A stretch of DNA of 64,000 bases from Christensenella sp. UBA1685 (GTDB lineage: Bacteria; Bacillota; Clostridia; Christensenellales; CAG-138): the NCBI GenBank assembly GCA_002320595.1, contig DCKB01000008.1:995-64994 (forward strand), given 5' to 3'. The position numbers and the translations under genes were made by a program. The notes below the pieces were generated by a model. The model made no database searches, had not been told where the DNA came from, and saw only the letters and a program-made list of their open reading frames with translations. Below are positions 1 to 9,581 of the stretch, piece by piece (position 1 is the stretch's first letter; the number at the start of each line of letters is the position of its first letter).

Positions 1-1091
1 TTATAATACTCTTCGACCTCGGAATCGTAATTCAAGCAGTTATTCTGAACCAAGCAATACGAAGCATCATTATAATCGTTGCTGTATTGTTCATACTTAT
101 CACGGTCAAATCCGCGGATGATCGCCATGCGCACATTCTTGTCGGCGAGGAATTCATTCTTGATGTTAAACTCTGCATAACCGGTCATTGCGCAGCAGCT
201 TTCAACCAAAGTTACAGCATCTGCAGCCTGCAGATCCTCAAGGTAATCTGCAGGAGCAGAATTGAGCAGATCATAATCCCCGTTGATCAAGCCAGTATAA
301 TAGGTGAAATCTTCACCGCCCATGACGATGTTAAGTGTTTCAACCGGCATCTTCCCTTTGTTTTCAACCAGTGGATTATGCGTCACATACCCTGGATTCG
401 CTTTAAGGGTTACGTATGCGCCCGGAGAGAATTCCTCTACATAATAAGCGCCATACGGATGGCATCCCCAGAGAAGCTCATCATTGCTCATCGTATCGAG
501 TTCGTCTTTATCGATCACACCCACAAAGCTGCTCATGAAATTATACTCCATATCTGCCTGGTATTCTGAAAGGTGTATAATGACATTCCGCCCGTCTACT
601 TCCATGGATTCGATCGTCTTATAGCCATCTGCCCAGGTGCTGTACTCGAGGCCATGTTCAATGCTGGCTACAACATCTTCCGGTTCAAGCTGTTCGCCGG
701 TAGAATAATACATACCCTCGGGGAAGGTGAGCGTCCAGGTTAGACCATCTTCGCTCCAAACGGATTCCGAAGCGATATTCGGCAGCGCTCTGCCATCATC
801 TGCCATGGCAAGGATACTGTCTGCGGCGAGGGATTGCGCGCCATCGACCCAAGAGTCAATCAAGAACATGTCCATGCCTTCCCAAACATCCGTAACGATA
901 GTTAGGGATTCGATTGGGGTCGCCTGCTCATTCGTGTCGTCTTCCTCAGTGCTGCCGGGATCAGTATTATCAACGTTAACCGGCTCCTCCACATTGTTGT
1001 CCACATTCTCTGCCTCCTCTTTGCTGCACGCAGCAAAGAGATTTAACATCAATATGAGTACCAAGAACAGCGCTAAATACTTCTTCATCAT
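1..1091 (-). CDS. ABC transporter substrate-binding lipoprotein, peptide/nickel family 5 (partial; C-terminus runs off the left edge)
   Basis: Absent from the ORF track because it stays open to the window edge. The reverse strand from ATGATG (1091/1088) reads MMKKYLALFLVLILMLNLFAACSKEE (signal peptide plus lipobox), then ...WSEDGLTWTLTFPEGMYYSTGEQLEPEDVVASIE..., typical of SBP_bac_5. GGAGGAAC lies just upstream. It is the last gene of the opp/dpp-like operon. Confidence 0.8.
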   Translation of the reverse strand, partial: MMKKYLALFLVLILMLNLFAACSKEEAENVDNNVEEPVNVDNTDPGSTEEDDTNEQATPIESLTIVTDVWEGMDMFLIDSWVDGAQSLAADSILAMADDGRALPNIASESVWSEDGLTWTLTFPEGMYYSTGEQLEPEDVVASIEHGLEYSTWADGYKTIESMEVDGRNVIIHLSEYQADMEYNFMSSFVGVIDKDELDTMSNDELLWGCHPYGAYYVEEFSPGAYVTLKANPGYVTHNPLVENKGKMPVETLNIVMGGEDFTYYTGLINGDYDLLNSAPADYLEDLQAADAVTLVESCCAMTGYAEFNIKNEFLADKNVRMAIIRGFDRDKYEQYSNDYNDASYCLVQNNCLNYDSEVEEYY

Positions 1092-1147
1092 GTTCCTCCA
1101 TTTAATAATTATTCTCATGCCGAAACCGGCTTAATGAGTCGATGGAA

Positions 1148-2128
1148 TCATTTTTGCATGCAAAGATGGCAACGTGCCCAATGGTTTTCACCTATTTGTT
1201 CCATTTCCGGCCTCTCCTGCATGCAAATTTCTTGAGCATACCGGCAGCGCGGATGGAAGCTGCAACCGGATGGTAAGTGAATCAAACTGCCAGGATCGCC
1301 TTTCATGATTTCCTTTTCACGCCCGCGCATAGTAGGATCGAGGATCGGCGAAGCTGCCATAAGCGCCTTGGAATATGGATGGCTTGGATTGGAACACATG
1401 ATTTTTGTTTCACCATACTCCACAAGCTGCCCCAAATACATGACTGCTACTTGATCGCTGATATATCGGATGACGTTCAAGTCATGCGTAATGATCATAT
1501 AGGTAAGTTGATGCTGCTCCTGCAGATCCAGCAGCAGGTTCAAGATTTGCGCCTGCACGGAAATGTCAAGCGCGCTCGTAGGCTCATCCAGAATCATAAT
1601 TTGTGGATTCATTGCCAAAGCTCGCGCAATAGCAATGCGCTGGAGTTGTCCGCCGGACAGCTGATGCGGATAGCTGTTAAGATAATGCGTATCCATCTTA
1701 ACACTTTCCAAAACTTCGTGTGCTTTCTCCCTTGCCAACGAACGTTTCATGCCATGGAGCACCATGGGCCGCATGATGCTGCTCATCACCGTTTCGCGCG
1801 GATTGAGATTTGATAGGGGATCTTGAAAAACTACGGCAATATTTTTACGGAGCTCTTTTTTCTCCGCAGCACTGCACTTTGACATATCAATGCCGTTAAT
1901 TAGCACCGTTCCCTCGGTTGCTGAGGTTAAGTTCAGTATCGCGCGCGCCAAAGTAGTTTTTCCGGAACCGGATTCGCCTACCAAACCAAGGATTTTCCCC
2001 TTTTCTAGATTGAGCGTAAAGTCATTGACCGCTTTAACGGTTTTCTTTCCCTTGGAAAAGAATCCATTATTAATTGAGAAGTGCTTTGAAAGATGTTCGA
2101 TCTGTATAACAGGCTGTATTTTCTCCAT
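1148..2128 (-). CDS. oligopeptide/dipeptide ABC transporter ATP-binding protein (OppF/DppF-like)
   Basis: Walker A GESGSGKTT, signature LSGGQLQRIAIARAL, Walker B ILDEPTSALD, and a Cys-rich Opp C-terminal tail CSFHPRCRYAQEIC. I chose the start at MEKIQP (GGAGG upstream), which overlaps the upstream stop as TAATG. Confidence 0.9.
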   Translation of the reverse strand: MEKIQPVIQIEHLSKHFSINNGFFSKGKKTVKAVNDFTLNLEKGKILGLVGESGSGKTTLARAILNLTSATEGTVLINGIDMSKCSAAEKKELRKNIAVVFQDPLSNLNPRETVMSSIMRPMVLHGMKRSLAREKAHEVLESVKMDTHYLNSYPHQLSGGQLQRIAIARALAMNPQIMILDEPTSALDISVQAQILNLLLDLQEQHQLTYMIITHDLNVIRYISDQVAVMYLGQLVEYGETKIMCSNPSHPYSKALMAASPILDPTMRGREKEIMKGDPGSLIHLPSGCSFHPRCRYAQEICMQERPEMEQIGENHWARCHLCMQK

Positions 2129-3102
2129 TACACTTCCTCCTCTGCAAAGTGGCATCTATAGGTGTGCGTCGCGCTTAAAGCTCTTACTGCCGGGTCTTGG
2201 TTGTGGCAAATCTCTTTCGCTAGCGGACAGCGGTTTGCAAACCGGCAACCTGGCTGAACTTTCATTAAACGCGGTACCGTTCCATCTATGGTCTGTAGGC
2301 GCCCTTCCTGCTTCGTGCCGCGCGGGAGCGCCTTCATCAACAAGCGCGTATAAGGATGCTTTGGCTCGCGGAAAATCTCAAATACATCGCCTTGCTCAAC
2401 TAGTTCGCCGGCATACATGATCGCAACTCGATCTGCAACTTCTGCAACCAAGCCGAAATTATGGGTAATCAGCATGACCGCTGTGCCGAATTCTTTTTTG
2501 AGCTGACCGATAATCTCGAGTATTTGCGCTTCAATTGTGACATCAAGCGCAGTGGTAGGTTCATCGGCAATCAGAAGCGATGGGTTCCGGCTCAGCATCA
2601 TGGAAATCATGACCCTTTGCCGCATGCCTCCGCTCATTTCGTGTGGATAGGCGTGAACCCGTTTTTCTGCATCCGGCATTTTAACGTTTCGATACAGCTC
2701 AATCACTTTCTTCCAGCCGTCAAGCTTGTTGATACCATCCAGGCGGATTGCTTCATTGACTTGTGCACCTGTAGTATAAACTGGATTCAAAGAATCCAAA
2801 GGGTTTTGGAAGATCATTCCAATATCATGGCCGCGCACTCTGGTAATCTGCTTATTGGATAGCTCCATCAGATTTTTCCCGTTATATTTGATGTTTCCTA
2901 AAACGACTGCGTTTTTATCCAACAAGCGCATTATGGAATGTGCAACAGTCGATTTCCCGCAGCCAGATTCCCCTACCACTGCGAAGATTTCACCGCGGTT
3001 AACGCTAAAAGAAACATCCTTTACCGCACTAAGATATCCGCCGCGAACCCTATAGTTAATAAAAACATTTTCTAAGCGAAGCAGCTCGTCGTTCATAAAC
3101 AA
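2128..3102 (-). CDS. oligopeptide/dipeptide ABC transporter ATP-binding protein (OppD/DppD-like)
   Basis: [32 protein letters not shown], and the C-terminal [15 protein letters not shown] motif. Confidence 0.9.
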   Translation of the reverse strand: MFMNDELLRLENVFINYRVRGGYLSAVKDVSFSVNRGEIFAVVGESGCGKSTVAHSIMRLLDKNAVVLGNIKYNGKNLMELSNKQITRVRGHDIGMIFQNPLDSLNPVYTTGAQVNEAIRLDGINKLDGWKKVIELYRNVKMPDAEKRVHAYPHEMSGGMRQRVMISMMLSRNPSLLIADEPTTALDVTIEAQILEIIGQLKKEFGTAVMLITHNFGLVAEVADRVAIMYAGELVEQGDVFEIFREPKHPYTRLLMKALPRGTKQEGRLQTIDGTVPRLMKVQPGCRFANRCPLAKEICHNQDPAVRALSATHTYRCHFAEEEV

Positions 3103-3118
3103 TACCTCGTTAACCTTG

Positions 3119-3973
3119 TTAACCCTGCGATTTCATTCGGGGATCCAGCAAGTCGCGCAGGCCCTCGCCAAGAATGGTAAAACTCAAAACTGTGTAAACA
3201 AGCGCAAATCCGGGATAAATCGCAAGCCACGGCGCCTTGGTGATATATTGGATGCCATCGGATACCATTAGGCCCCAATCCGGAGAAGGCGGCTGAGAAC
3301 CTACGCCGAGAAACGAGAGCGTCGTTGTGGACATAATCGTGCTCGGGAGCGCCATGGATACCATGACAATCAACGCGGGAACGATATTGGGCAAGATATA
3401 GCGGAACATTAAAGACAAATCGCTTTCTCCAAAGGCTACGCCCGTTTCAATAAACGCCATATTTTTGAGCGACATCGTTTTCGCACGCACGGTTCTTGCC
3501 ATAGACGCCCAGTTCACTAAGGCAATTGCAATGATGGCGTTGGTTAAGTTCGTTCCGATCACCGTGACGACTGCAAGAGCCATTACCATACCAGGAACGC
3601 ACCACGTCAAGTCAGCAAGAAACAGCATTGCCTTATCTACAACCCCGCCAAAATAACCGCAAAACAATCCTACAACCACGCCTAAAACCAATTGGATAGA
3701 ACCACCGATAATGGCAACTTTTAATGTAATCCGCGCGCCATAAACAATACGGCTAAAGAGATCCCTTCCCATTTCATCTGTTCCAAACAGATGTTCCTTG
3801 CAAGGTTCCATTAGTTTTGCTGCGGGATTTCCGGCATCGTATTCATAGGGGGCGATCTGATCTGCAAACACTGCAAGTACGAGTATGCTGAAAAACATGA
3901 TCGCCCCAATCATAAAGTTGAAGTTTTTCAAGCTGCTGCGAAAAAATTCCTTGATAGGGCTCTCGTACATCAC
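3119..3973 (-). CDS. ABC transporter permease (OppC/DppC-like)
   Basis: 284-aa polytopic membrane protein with the layout of a binding-protein-dependent transport permease. It overlaps the upstream permease by 4 nt. Confidence 0.85.
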   Translation of the reverse strand: MMYESPIKEFFRSSLKNFNFMIGAIMFFSILVLAVFADQIAPYEYDAGNPAAKLMEPCKEHLFGTDEMGRDLFSRIVYGARITLKVAIIGGSIQLVLGVVVGLFCGYFGGVVDKAMLFLADLTWCVPGMVMALAVVTVIGTNLTNAIIAIALVNWASMARTVRAKTMSLKNMAFIETGVAFGESDLSLMFRYILPNIVPALIVMVSMALPSTIMSTTTLSFLGVGSQPPSPDWGLMVSDGIQYITKAPWLAIYPGFALVYTVLSFTILGEGLRDLLDPRMKSQG

Positions 3974-4908
3974 TTGTCACCTCCACCTATAGAAATCCTT
4001 ATCCGAGGATCTAACAGCCCAAGCATCAAATCAGCCATTATATTGCATATCACCGTCATTATCGAAATCAAGAAGATCAAGCATTGGACGACATTGAAGT
4101 CCTGGTTAATAATAGAGGCTATCATCAACCCGCCCATACCTGGAATCACGAATATTTTCTCAATGATAATATAGCCGGAAATCAGCCAGGGCAGCGATTG
4201 AAATACTTGAACGCAGATGATAATCAGAGAATTGCGAAGTACGTGCTTGCATCGAACGGCAGTCTCCCGAAGTCCTTTTGCATATGCCGTAAGGACATAT
4301 TTCTCACGCAGCACATCCAATGCCTCGCTTTTGGTGAGACGCATCGTCGTAGCCAACCCGCTCAGAACACCCGCTGTTATCGGAAGAACATAATGCTTCC
4401 ATGTGCTAAATCCACTCAAAGGAAGCCACTGCCGTTCAACAACAAACGCCAACATTAACAAAACGGAAATCCAGAACGATGGCACCGACGTCATTATCAT
4501 CGAAAGGATCATCGTTGCTCTGTCAAAGATGGTATCCTTTTTGTATGCGCACAGCAAACCGAGAGGAACGGCCACCGCATATTGGATCAAAGCGGTAATA
4601 ACGGTCAAACGCAGGCTGACCGGGATCCTATCCTTTACCAAATCCCATACGGGGAGCCGGTACTTAAACGATATACCAAAATCCTGTTTAACGGTTACGC
4701 CATATAGCCAATCGGCATATTGAACCAAAAGCGGCCGGTCTAACCCGAGCTCCTTCTCGATCTCTTCCAGCCGCTCCAAGCTGGCGCCCTCGCCCGCCAT
4801 CAGCGTAACCGGGCTTCCGGGCATCATATAAAGCATGCTAAATACCAGAAAAGATACGCAAATTACCAGCACTATGCCGAGCAGCAATTTTTTGACTACA
4901 TATTGCAA
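3970..4908 (-). CDS. ABC transporter permease (OppB/DppB-like)
   Basis: 312-aa polytopic membrane protein ending LLDPRIR, typical of OppB/DppB-type permeases. It is the first transporter gene of the operon. Confidence 0.85.
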   Translation of the reverse strand: MQYVVKKLLLGIVLVICVSFLVFSMLYMMPGSPVTLMAGEGASLERLEEIEKELGLDRPLLVQYADWLYGVTVKQDFGISFKYRLPVWDLVKDRIPVSLRLTVITALIQYAVAVPLGLLCAYKKDTIFDRATMILSMIMTSVPSFWISVLLMLAFVVERQWLPLSGFSTWKHYVLPITAGVLSGLATTMRLTKSEALDVLREKYVLTAYAKGLRETAVRCKHVLRNSLIIICVQVFQSLPWLISGYIIIEKIFVIPGMGGLMIASIINQDFNVVQCLIFLISIMTVICNIMADLMLGLLDPRIRISIGGGDK

Positions 4909-4972
4909 GGCTATGCCCCCTTATCATTTTATTGGTATTGGAGTTCCCATCCCGTACATTTACCCGGCCGCA

Positions 4973-5887
4973 TCAGCTTATATATGCTTCATAAATTTCT
5001 TTGGAAAGCCGCGCTAGGTAATTATCCCCGTATCGGCCGCGATCGTTGGCATCATAATCTTCCTTGCTTGCAAGGTTGCCATTGTAGAACATGCATAGGA
5101 TGTAGTCGCCAACTGGTTGCGCATATACAATGCCGATATCAACATTGAGCTTGTCAAGCGACCCGGTTTTATGCGCAACCGCGACGCCTGGCGGCAAAAA
5201 ATGCGGGATGCGCGTATTGGTCTGGCACTGCTTCATAATCGCAAGCATCCCTTCACTGGCCTCTTGGTTGACCCATGCGCCGCGGTACAACAGCTCGAGC
5301 ATTTTGAGCGCTTCTATGGGAGCAGTTTGATCGTTTTCTTCTGTTACACATTGATACCATTTGCTGTTGTGGTAACTTGGGAAGCGTTTCCCGTTATCTT
5401 CCCAGAGCTGCTGAAAGTCCCTTCCGTTCATGTCGTAGTAAACGTCAATGAGTTTCTGGCATCCCCAATCACACTTTGTATGAGAAAAGCCCAAAGCATC
5501 GATAACGTTTTTCTTGATCTTGTCTCTGCCCAGGAAATTGAAAAGGAAATCCGTTGCGGTGTTGTCGGATATGATCATCATGAGGGTTGCATAATCTTTC
5601 AACGTTAGGTTTAACCCTGCATCCAGCTGTTCCAGCACGCCGCTGCCAATGGATTTAATGTCAGCTGTAAGTGGATACCGATCGTTTAAGTTACATTCGC
5701 CCGAATATGCCTTGCGGTACAGTTCGGCAAGAACATAGATCTTATATGCACTTGCCGTAGGAAACGGCTCCTCCGCATGGCAAGTGACCGTAGCTCCGGT
5801 CTTCAAATCTTTGAATGCAACACCGAGTGGCGCGCTTGTTCCTCTTTGATACTTCTCCACGATTTGTTTGATTTTCTCTATACCCAT
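4973..5887 (-). CDS. cytoplasmic serine hydrolase, class A beta-lactamase fold
   Basis: All three class-A/penicillin-recognising motifs are present in order: SAYK (SxxK), SDN (ISDNTATD) and KTG (HKTGS). There is no N-terminal signal peptide (MGIEKIKQIVEKYQRG...). Confidence 0.75.
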   Translation of the reverse strand: MGIEKIKQIVEKYQRGTSAPLGVAFKDLKTGATVTCHAEEPFPTASAYKIYVLAELYRKAYSGECNLNDRYPLTADIKSIGSGVLEQLDAGLNLTLKDYATLMMIISDNTATDFLFNFLGRDKIKKNVIDALGFSHTKCDWGCQKLIDVYYDMNGRDFQQLWEDNGKRFPSYHNSKWYQCVTEENDQTAPIEALKMLELLYRGAWVNQEASEGMLAIMKQCQTNTRIPHFLPPGVAVAHKTGSLDKLNVDIGIVYAQPVGDYILCMFYNGNLASKEDYDANDRGRYGDNYLARLSKEIYEAYIS

Positions 5888-6269
5888 TGTGCCTCATATC
5901 CCTTCTGCGATGATTTATATGAAAGTCCATTCCACAAATTTTAATATAAAAATCAGTGATTATTTATATACAAAAAACATCATACAAAATCAAGGCAAGA
6001 TTAGAAAATATATTTCCTAAAAAACGCTCCTTCTTTAACGCAAAAAGTCGATTAATCCTATCAGATTGCAAGGTATGTTTCTCAAGCGCAACTCTCAGCG
6101 CAAGTCATAGAATCAACTTCTCGCCTAAAATCGGTTAATGCATTGCAGCTTAATCGTACCATAAATTGCATCCAAGCGCTTTTTATTGGTTTTACGTTAT
6201 TTCTCACTATCAAGGTTCATTTTTACTGTCTTACTTTGATTTTCCTGAATTATCATCAATTAGGTATGG

Positions 6270-7124
6270 CTATTTACATTTATTATATAGGGCCACATCG
6301 TCTCCAAACGTACCTGCAAGCCCCGTTCCTGTCACAAACGCTAGATAAGCTTCTTTATAATCCTTTCCATGATAGCGGACTATCGTTTCCCCTATACGTT
6401 CTGTATTTGGAGCCATCATCGCCTTCCAGGCTTGGGCTTCCGCGCTGTAACGTACATCGATTTTCACCGCTTCTTTTATAGTCATCGGCTTAATTTGCTT
6501 CGTCTCAATTTCTTCGAGCGCCCGCTTTACCTCTGCCCGAATCATCCGTGCTGTAACGTTGGGATGAATGCAGCTTGCAGCTCCATTGCTAATGCATTCT
6601 TTCACAGTAACCGTATGGATTCCTGAAACATTCTCTTTTGCATCAGCAGTTACAATATCATCACCCGAAATAAAAACCACTGGGGTTCCATAATAGCCAA
6701 TCATGTATCCGATTAATTCATACTCTGAAATAACTTTTCCATTTAGCCACATTTCCACCATAGAGCCATATGCATAGCTATGGCTAATAACACCTTTTGA
6801 CCCTTTACGCGCATGGTACCCGATCAGCAGCGCTGCGTCAAATCCTTTTTGGGCACCCTCCGCCATGGTATAAGGGCGGTCAGCTCCCGAACAAAGCACA
6901 ACTCGTTCATCCAAATCTGTAATACGCAGGTTATCTCCGTTATTATGCGCATCATTTACAAATACTGCATCGGCTCCTGCATCAAATGCTCCCGCTACTG
7001 CCGCATTGATATCGCCAGCCATCAGTTTTCGTGCATAATCATACTCCGAATTGCCTGGAATCACTTGAGCAAGTTTATAAATCCCCGATATTCCTTCTGC
7101 ATCCATTGTAATATAAACTTTCAC
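6270..7124 (-). CDS. dppA: D-aminopeptidase, peptidase family M55 (DppA)
   Basis: The N-terminus MKVYITMDAEGISGI and the overall 284-aa length match the B. subtilis DppA-type D-aminopeptidase family. The gene lies upstream of a dipeptide-type ABC importer. Confidence 0.8.
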   Translation of the reverse strand: MKVYITMDAEGISGIYKLAQVIPGNSEYDYARKLMAGDINAAVAGAFDAGADAVFVNDAHNNGDNLRITDLDERVVLCSGADRPYTMAEGAQKGFDAALLIGYHARKGSKGVISHSYAYGSMVEMWLNGKVISEYELIGYMIGYYGTPVVFISGDDIVTADAKENVSGIHTVTVKECISNGAASCIHPNVTARMIRAEVKRALEEIETKQIKPMTIKEAVKIDVRYSAEAQAWKAMMAPNTERIGETIVRYHGKDYKEAYLAFVTGTGLAGTFGDDVALYNKCK

Positions 7125-7251
7125 TTGCCTATTACTCCTGTTTTTTTCCAGTTAATTGTTTCCCGCTTGCCTTTTCAACAGGTAGAATCAAATTGAAGAA
7201 CACTTTTGATTAATTCAGTATAAATATATTATCGTATTTAATATCGTTTTT

Positions 7252-7294
7252 CAATTGCATTTTGTGTTTTTCTATTAAAACGCAATTGCATTTT
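7252..7294. repeat. 12-bp direct repeat CAATTGCATTTT x2 in the dppA/araC divergent promoter region
   Basis: Exact copies at 7252-7263 and 7283-7294, 31 bp start-to-start and about 50-90 bp upstream of the AraC-family gene start. They are candidate operator half-sites. Confidence 0.35.
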
Positions 7295-7345
7295 ATCTAT
7301 GTTTCATTTATAATAATAAAAAACGTAAAAGGTTTTGGAGGCAAT

Positions 7346-8215
7346 ATGAGTCTTAGCTTTTATCGACAGTTTTTATTTCAAAGCAAAGGCAGTTATCATA
7401 TCTATATTGGCGAAGGGTATTCTGGTCCAGTAAAGCCTCAGCAACATGAGTTTTACCATTGCACATATATAACAGAGGGACAAATCCTTGAAAATCAATT
7501 TGGAAAAGAGTTTCTCCAAGGAGCCGGAGAATGCTTTTTTACGCCCGCCGGCATAAATCACAGCTTATACATCTTTGAAAACACGAAATATTTTTGTCTC
7601 TCTTTTTCAAAAAGCATCGCGGATATCCTGTTTTCATATTTTCAAAACCTGCGACGAGATTTTTCGAATCTGCCGCCTATCATAAAATTGACAGAAAAAA
7701 TGCAGCATCGTCTATGCCTTTGCCTTCATTGTCTGCTTGACGAGCAAGATTATGATAGCGCTTCTTCTTCATTCGAAATTGGTCATTTCCTCACTATTTC
7801 CGCTCTTATCATTATGCTTCGTGATTCTTACAGCACGTGCTATCCCCCCATTCCTCTCCCAACCCCCACTAAAGAGAACTATGCTGTCCAAATACAGCGT
7901 TGCATTCAGCACATTGATACTAATTTTGACCAGCCATTGACCGTAGATGAGCTTGTACAAATCAGCATGCTTTCAAAAAGCACATTTTACAAAGCGTTTG
8001 AGCAATATACTGGAATGTCAGCGAAGCAATATCTGGCAGAAATACGTATAAAACAGGCAATACAACTTATGAGTATTGGCCATATTCCATTAAATGAAAT
8101 TGCGCGGCGCGTGGGGTATGATGATTTTTCTACATTTTATCGCAACTTCATTAGAATTAAAGGCATCTCTCCTGCTCAATACCGCAATGACTTTGTAGGT
8201 TTGTCAAACATATAG
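7346..8215 (+). CDS. AraC family transcriptional regulator
   Basis: The C-terminal double-HTH region (LTVDELVQISMLSKSTFYKAFEQYTGMSAKQYLAEIRIKQA...IARRVGYDDFSTFYRNF) follows a cupin-like N-domain. Start taken at ATG 7346, 5 nt after GGAG; the track ORF begins further upstream at 7262. Confidence 0.85.
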   Translation: MSLSFYRQFLFQSKGSYHIYIGEGYSGPVKPQQHEFYHCTYITEGQILENQFGKEFLQGAGECFFTPAGINHSLYIFENTKYFCLSFSKSIADILFSYFQNLRRDFSNLPPIIKLTEKMQHRLCLCLHCLLDEQDYDSASSSFEIGHFLTISALIIMLRDSYSTCYPPIPLPTPTKENYAVQIQRCIQHIDTNFDQPLTVDELVQISMLSKSTFYKAFEQYTGMSAKQYLAEIRIKQAIQLMSIGHIPLNEIARRVGYDDFSTFYRNFIRIKGISPAQYRNDFVGLSNI

Positions 8216-8310
8216 AACAGAGAAAGAGGACGGCTGTTGCATAGGCGAGAACCACTTGAGAGGACGCATAGGTCGGGGTTGTAGTCCGGTAAGCAACAAA
8301 TAAAAGCATC

Positions 8311-8703
8311 TTGAATGAGCCTGCTTTGGCATGTATCATTAGATCGCAACGCTCTCTGAACCGCAGCTCCTTTCCAATCAAAAGCCGGATGCTGCCCGAA
8401 ACCATCTACACTTCCCTGCTATTTTCCTCCGTACGGTGCTTCCTTTTCGTGTCTACCGATGATACCGTGGACTGGAAGGAAGAACGCAGCGCCCAGACAA
8501 TTTTGGACGGCGTTTTGCCCAAACTACATCCGGGGTGCATCATCCTCTGCCACAACAACGGGTACAAAATCAAAGAATATCTGCCCACACTGCTCAAGAC
8601 TGCAACCTCTGAAGGATATGAGTTCGTAACCATCAGCGAGCTTCTGCTTGAAGGGGAAACCGTTATTGATGTGAACGGTGTGCAAAAAAAGGCGGCACAA
8701 TAA
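8311..8703 (+). pseudogene. polysaccharide deacetylase (NodB-fold) 3' remnant, 5'-truncated and frameshifted
   Basis: Only the late NodB motifs are present. YFPPYGAS (RPPYG-like) is in one frame near 8408-8431. DTVDW and IILCHNN, plus the C-terminus ...GYEFVTISELL, are in another frame. I found no TFDDG or HSxxH motif and no SD-preceded start. Confidence 0.55.
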
Positions 8704-8778
8704 AGCGCGTGTGACTTGCCGGATGGGCGGGCCGTGTGATATCGTTTTAGCAGAACAATTGAAACGGAGGTAGCGTTT

Positions 8779-9513
8779 TTGCATAAAACGGTATTCATCA
8801 CAGGCGCCTCGCGTGGAATCGGCCGTGCCACCGCGCTGCGTTTTGCCATGGATGGGTGGCGTGTCGGCATCGGATACCACACTTCAGATGCTGAAGCGCG
8901 CGCGCTGATTGCCGCACTCGCGGAGCTCGGTACGATGGCGACAGCCGTGCGCGGTGATGTCGCTTCTGCGGAAGATGCGGTACGCATGGTGCAAGAAACC
9001 CGTACTGCCCTTGGACATATTGATGTTTTAATCAACAACGCGGGGATTGCGCATACCGCGCTGTTTACGGATACGGATTACGCTGCATGGCGGCGGTTGT
9101 TTACCGTGAATGTTGACGGCGCGTATCATTGCACCGAGGCCGTGCTTCCGGATATGATCTCTCGCCGCTCCGGCGTAATTCTCAATGTAAGCTCTATCTG
9201 GGGGCTCGTTGGCGCTTCGTGTGAAGTTGCCTATTCAGCATCCAAAGCCGCTTTGATCGGATTTACAAAAGCGCTTGCCAAGGAAGTCGGGCCTTCGGGC
9301 ATTCGCGTCAATTGCATCGCCCCAGGGGTGATCGATACGGACATGAATGCGGCGCTCAACCATGAGGCACGTGCAGAGCTTGCGGAACAAACGCCGCTCT
9401 GCCGCCTGGGTTCTGCTGAAGAGGTGGCAGAAGTGCTCCTTTTTCTTGCTTCCGATGCAGCTTCCTTCATAACGGGACAGGTTCTCAGCCCAAACGGCGG
9501 GCTCGTAGTTTAA
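8779..9513 (+). CDS. SDR family oxidoreductase (FabG-like 3-oxoacyl-ACP reductase family)
   Basis: TGASRGIG cofactor motif and YSASK catalytic motif. TTG start 8 nt after GGAGG. Confidence 0.85.
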   Translation: MHKTVFITGASRGIGRATALRFAMDGWRVGIGYHTSDAEARALIAALAELGTMATAVRGDVASAEDAVRMVQETRTALGHIDVLINNAGIAHTALFTDTDYAAWRRLFTVNVDGAYHCTEAVLPDMISRRSGVILNVSSIWGLVGASCEVAYSASKAALIGFTKALAKEVGPSGIRVNCIAPGVIDTDMNAALNHEARAELAEQTPLCRLGSAEEVAEVLLFLASDAASFITGQVLSPNGGLVV

Positions 9514-9532
9514 GCGCGCGGCTCTCCTTATG

Positions 9533-9566
9533 CAAAGCGAGCGCCGGAACCCCGGCGCTCGCTTTG
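9533..9566. terminator. bidirectional hairpin between the convergent SDR and ACP genes
   Basis: CAAAGCGAGCGCCGG-aacc-CCGGCGCTCGCTTTG forms a 15-bp perfect stem, followed on the + strand by GTTTCGCGTTTTG. Confidence 0.6.
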
Positions 9567-9581
9567 GTTTCGCGTTTTGCT

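Noticed and set aside
87-1134. + strand ORFs 87-569 and 727-1134
   Set aside because: They are antisense to the partial substrate-binding lipoprotein gene, whose reverse-strand reading has a lipobox and family-5 SBP sequence.
6143-6481. 112-aa + strand ORF in the AT-rich spacer overlapping the dppA 3' end
   Set aside because: It has a Phe/Leu/Ile/Tyr-rich composition typical of random AT-rich sequence, overlaps dppA antisense and has no SD.
8216-8310. Checked for a tRNA fragment, att site or structured RNA at the island junction (GTTGCATAGGCGAG...GACGCATAGGTCGG...GCAAC)
   Set aside because: There is no T-loop or anticodon-arm pattern and no matching repeat at the other visible boundary. The partial direct repeat is only about 8-10 nt.
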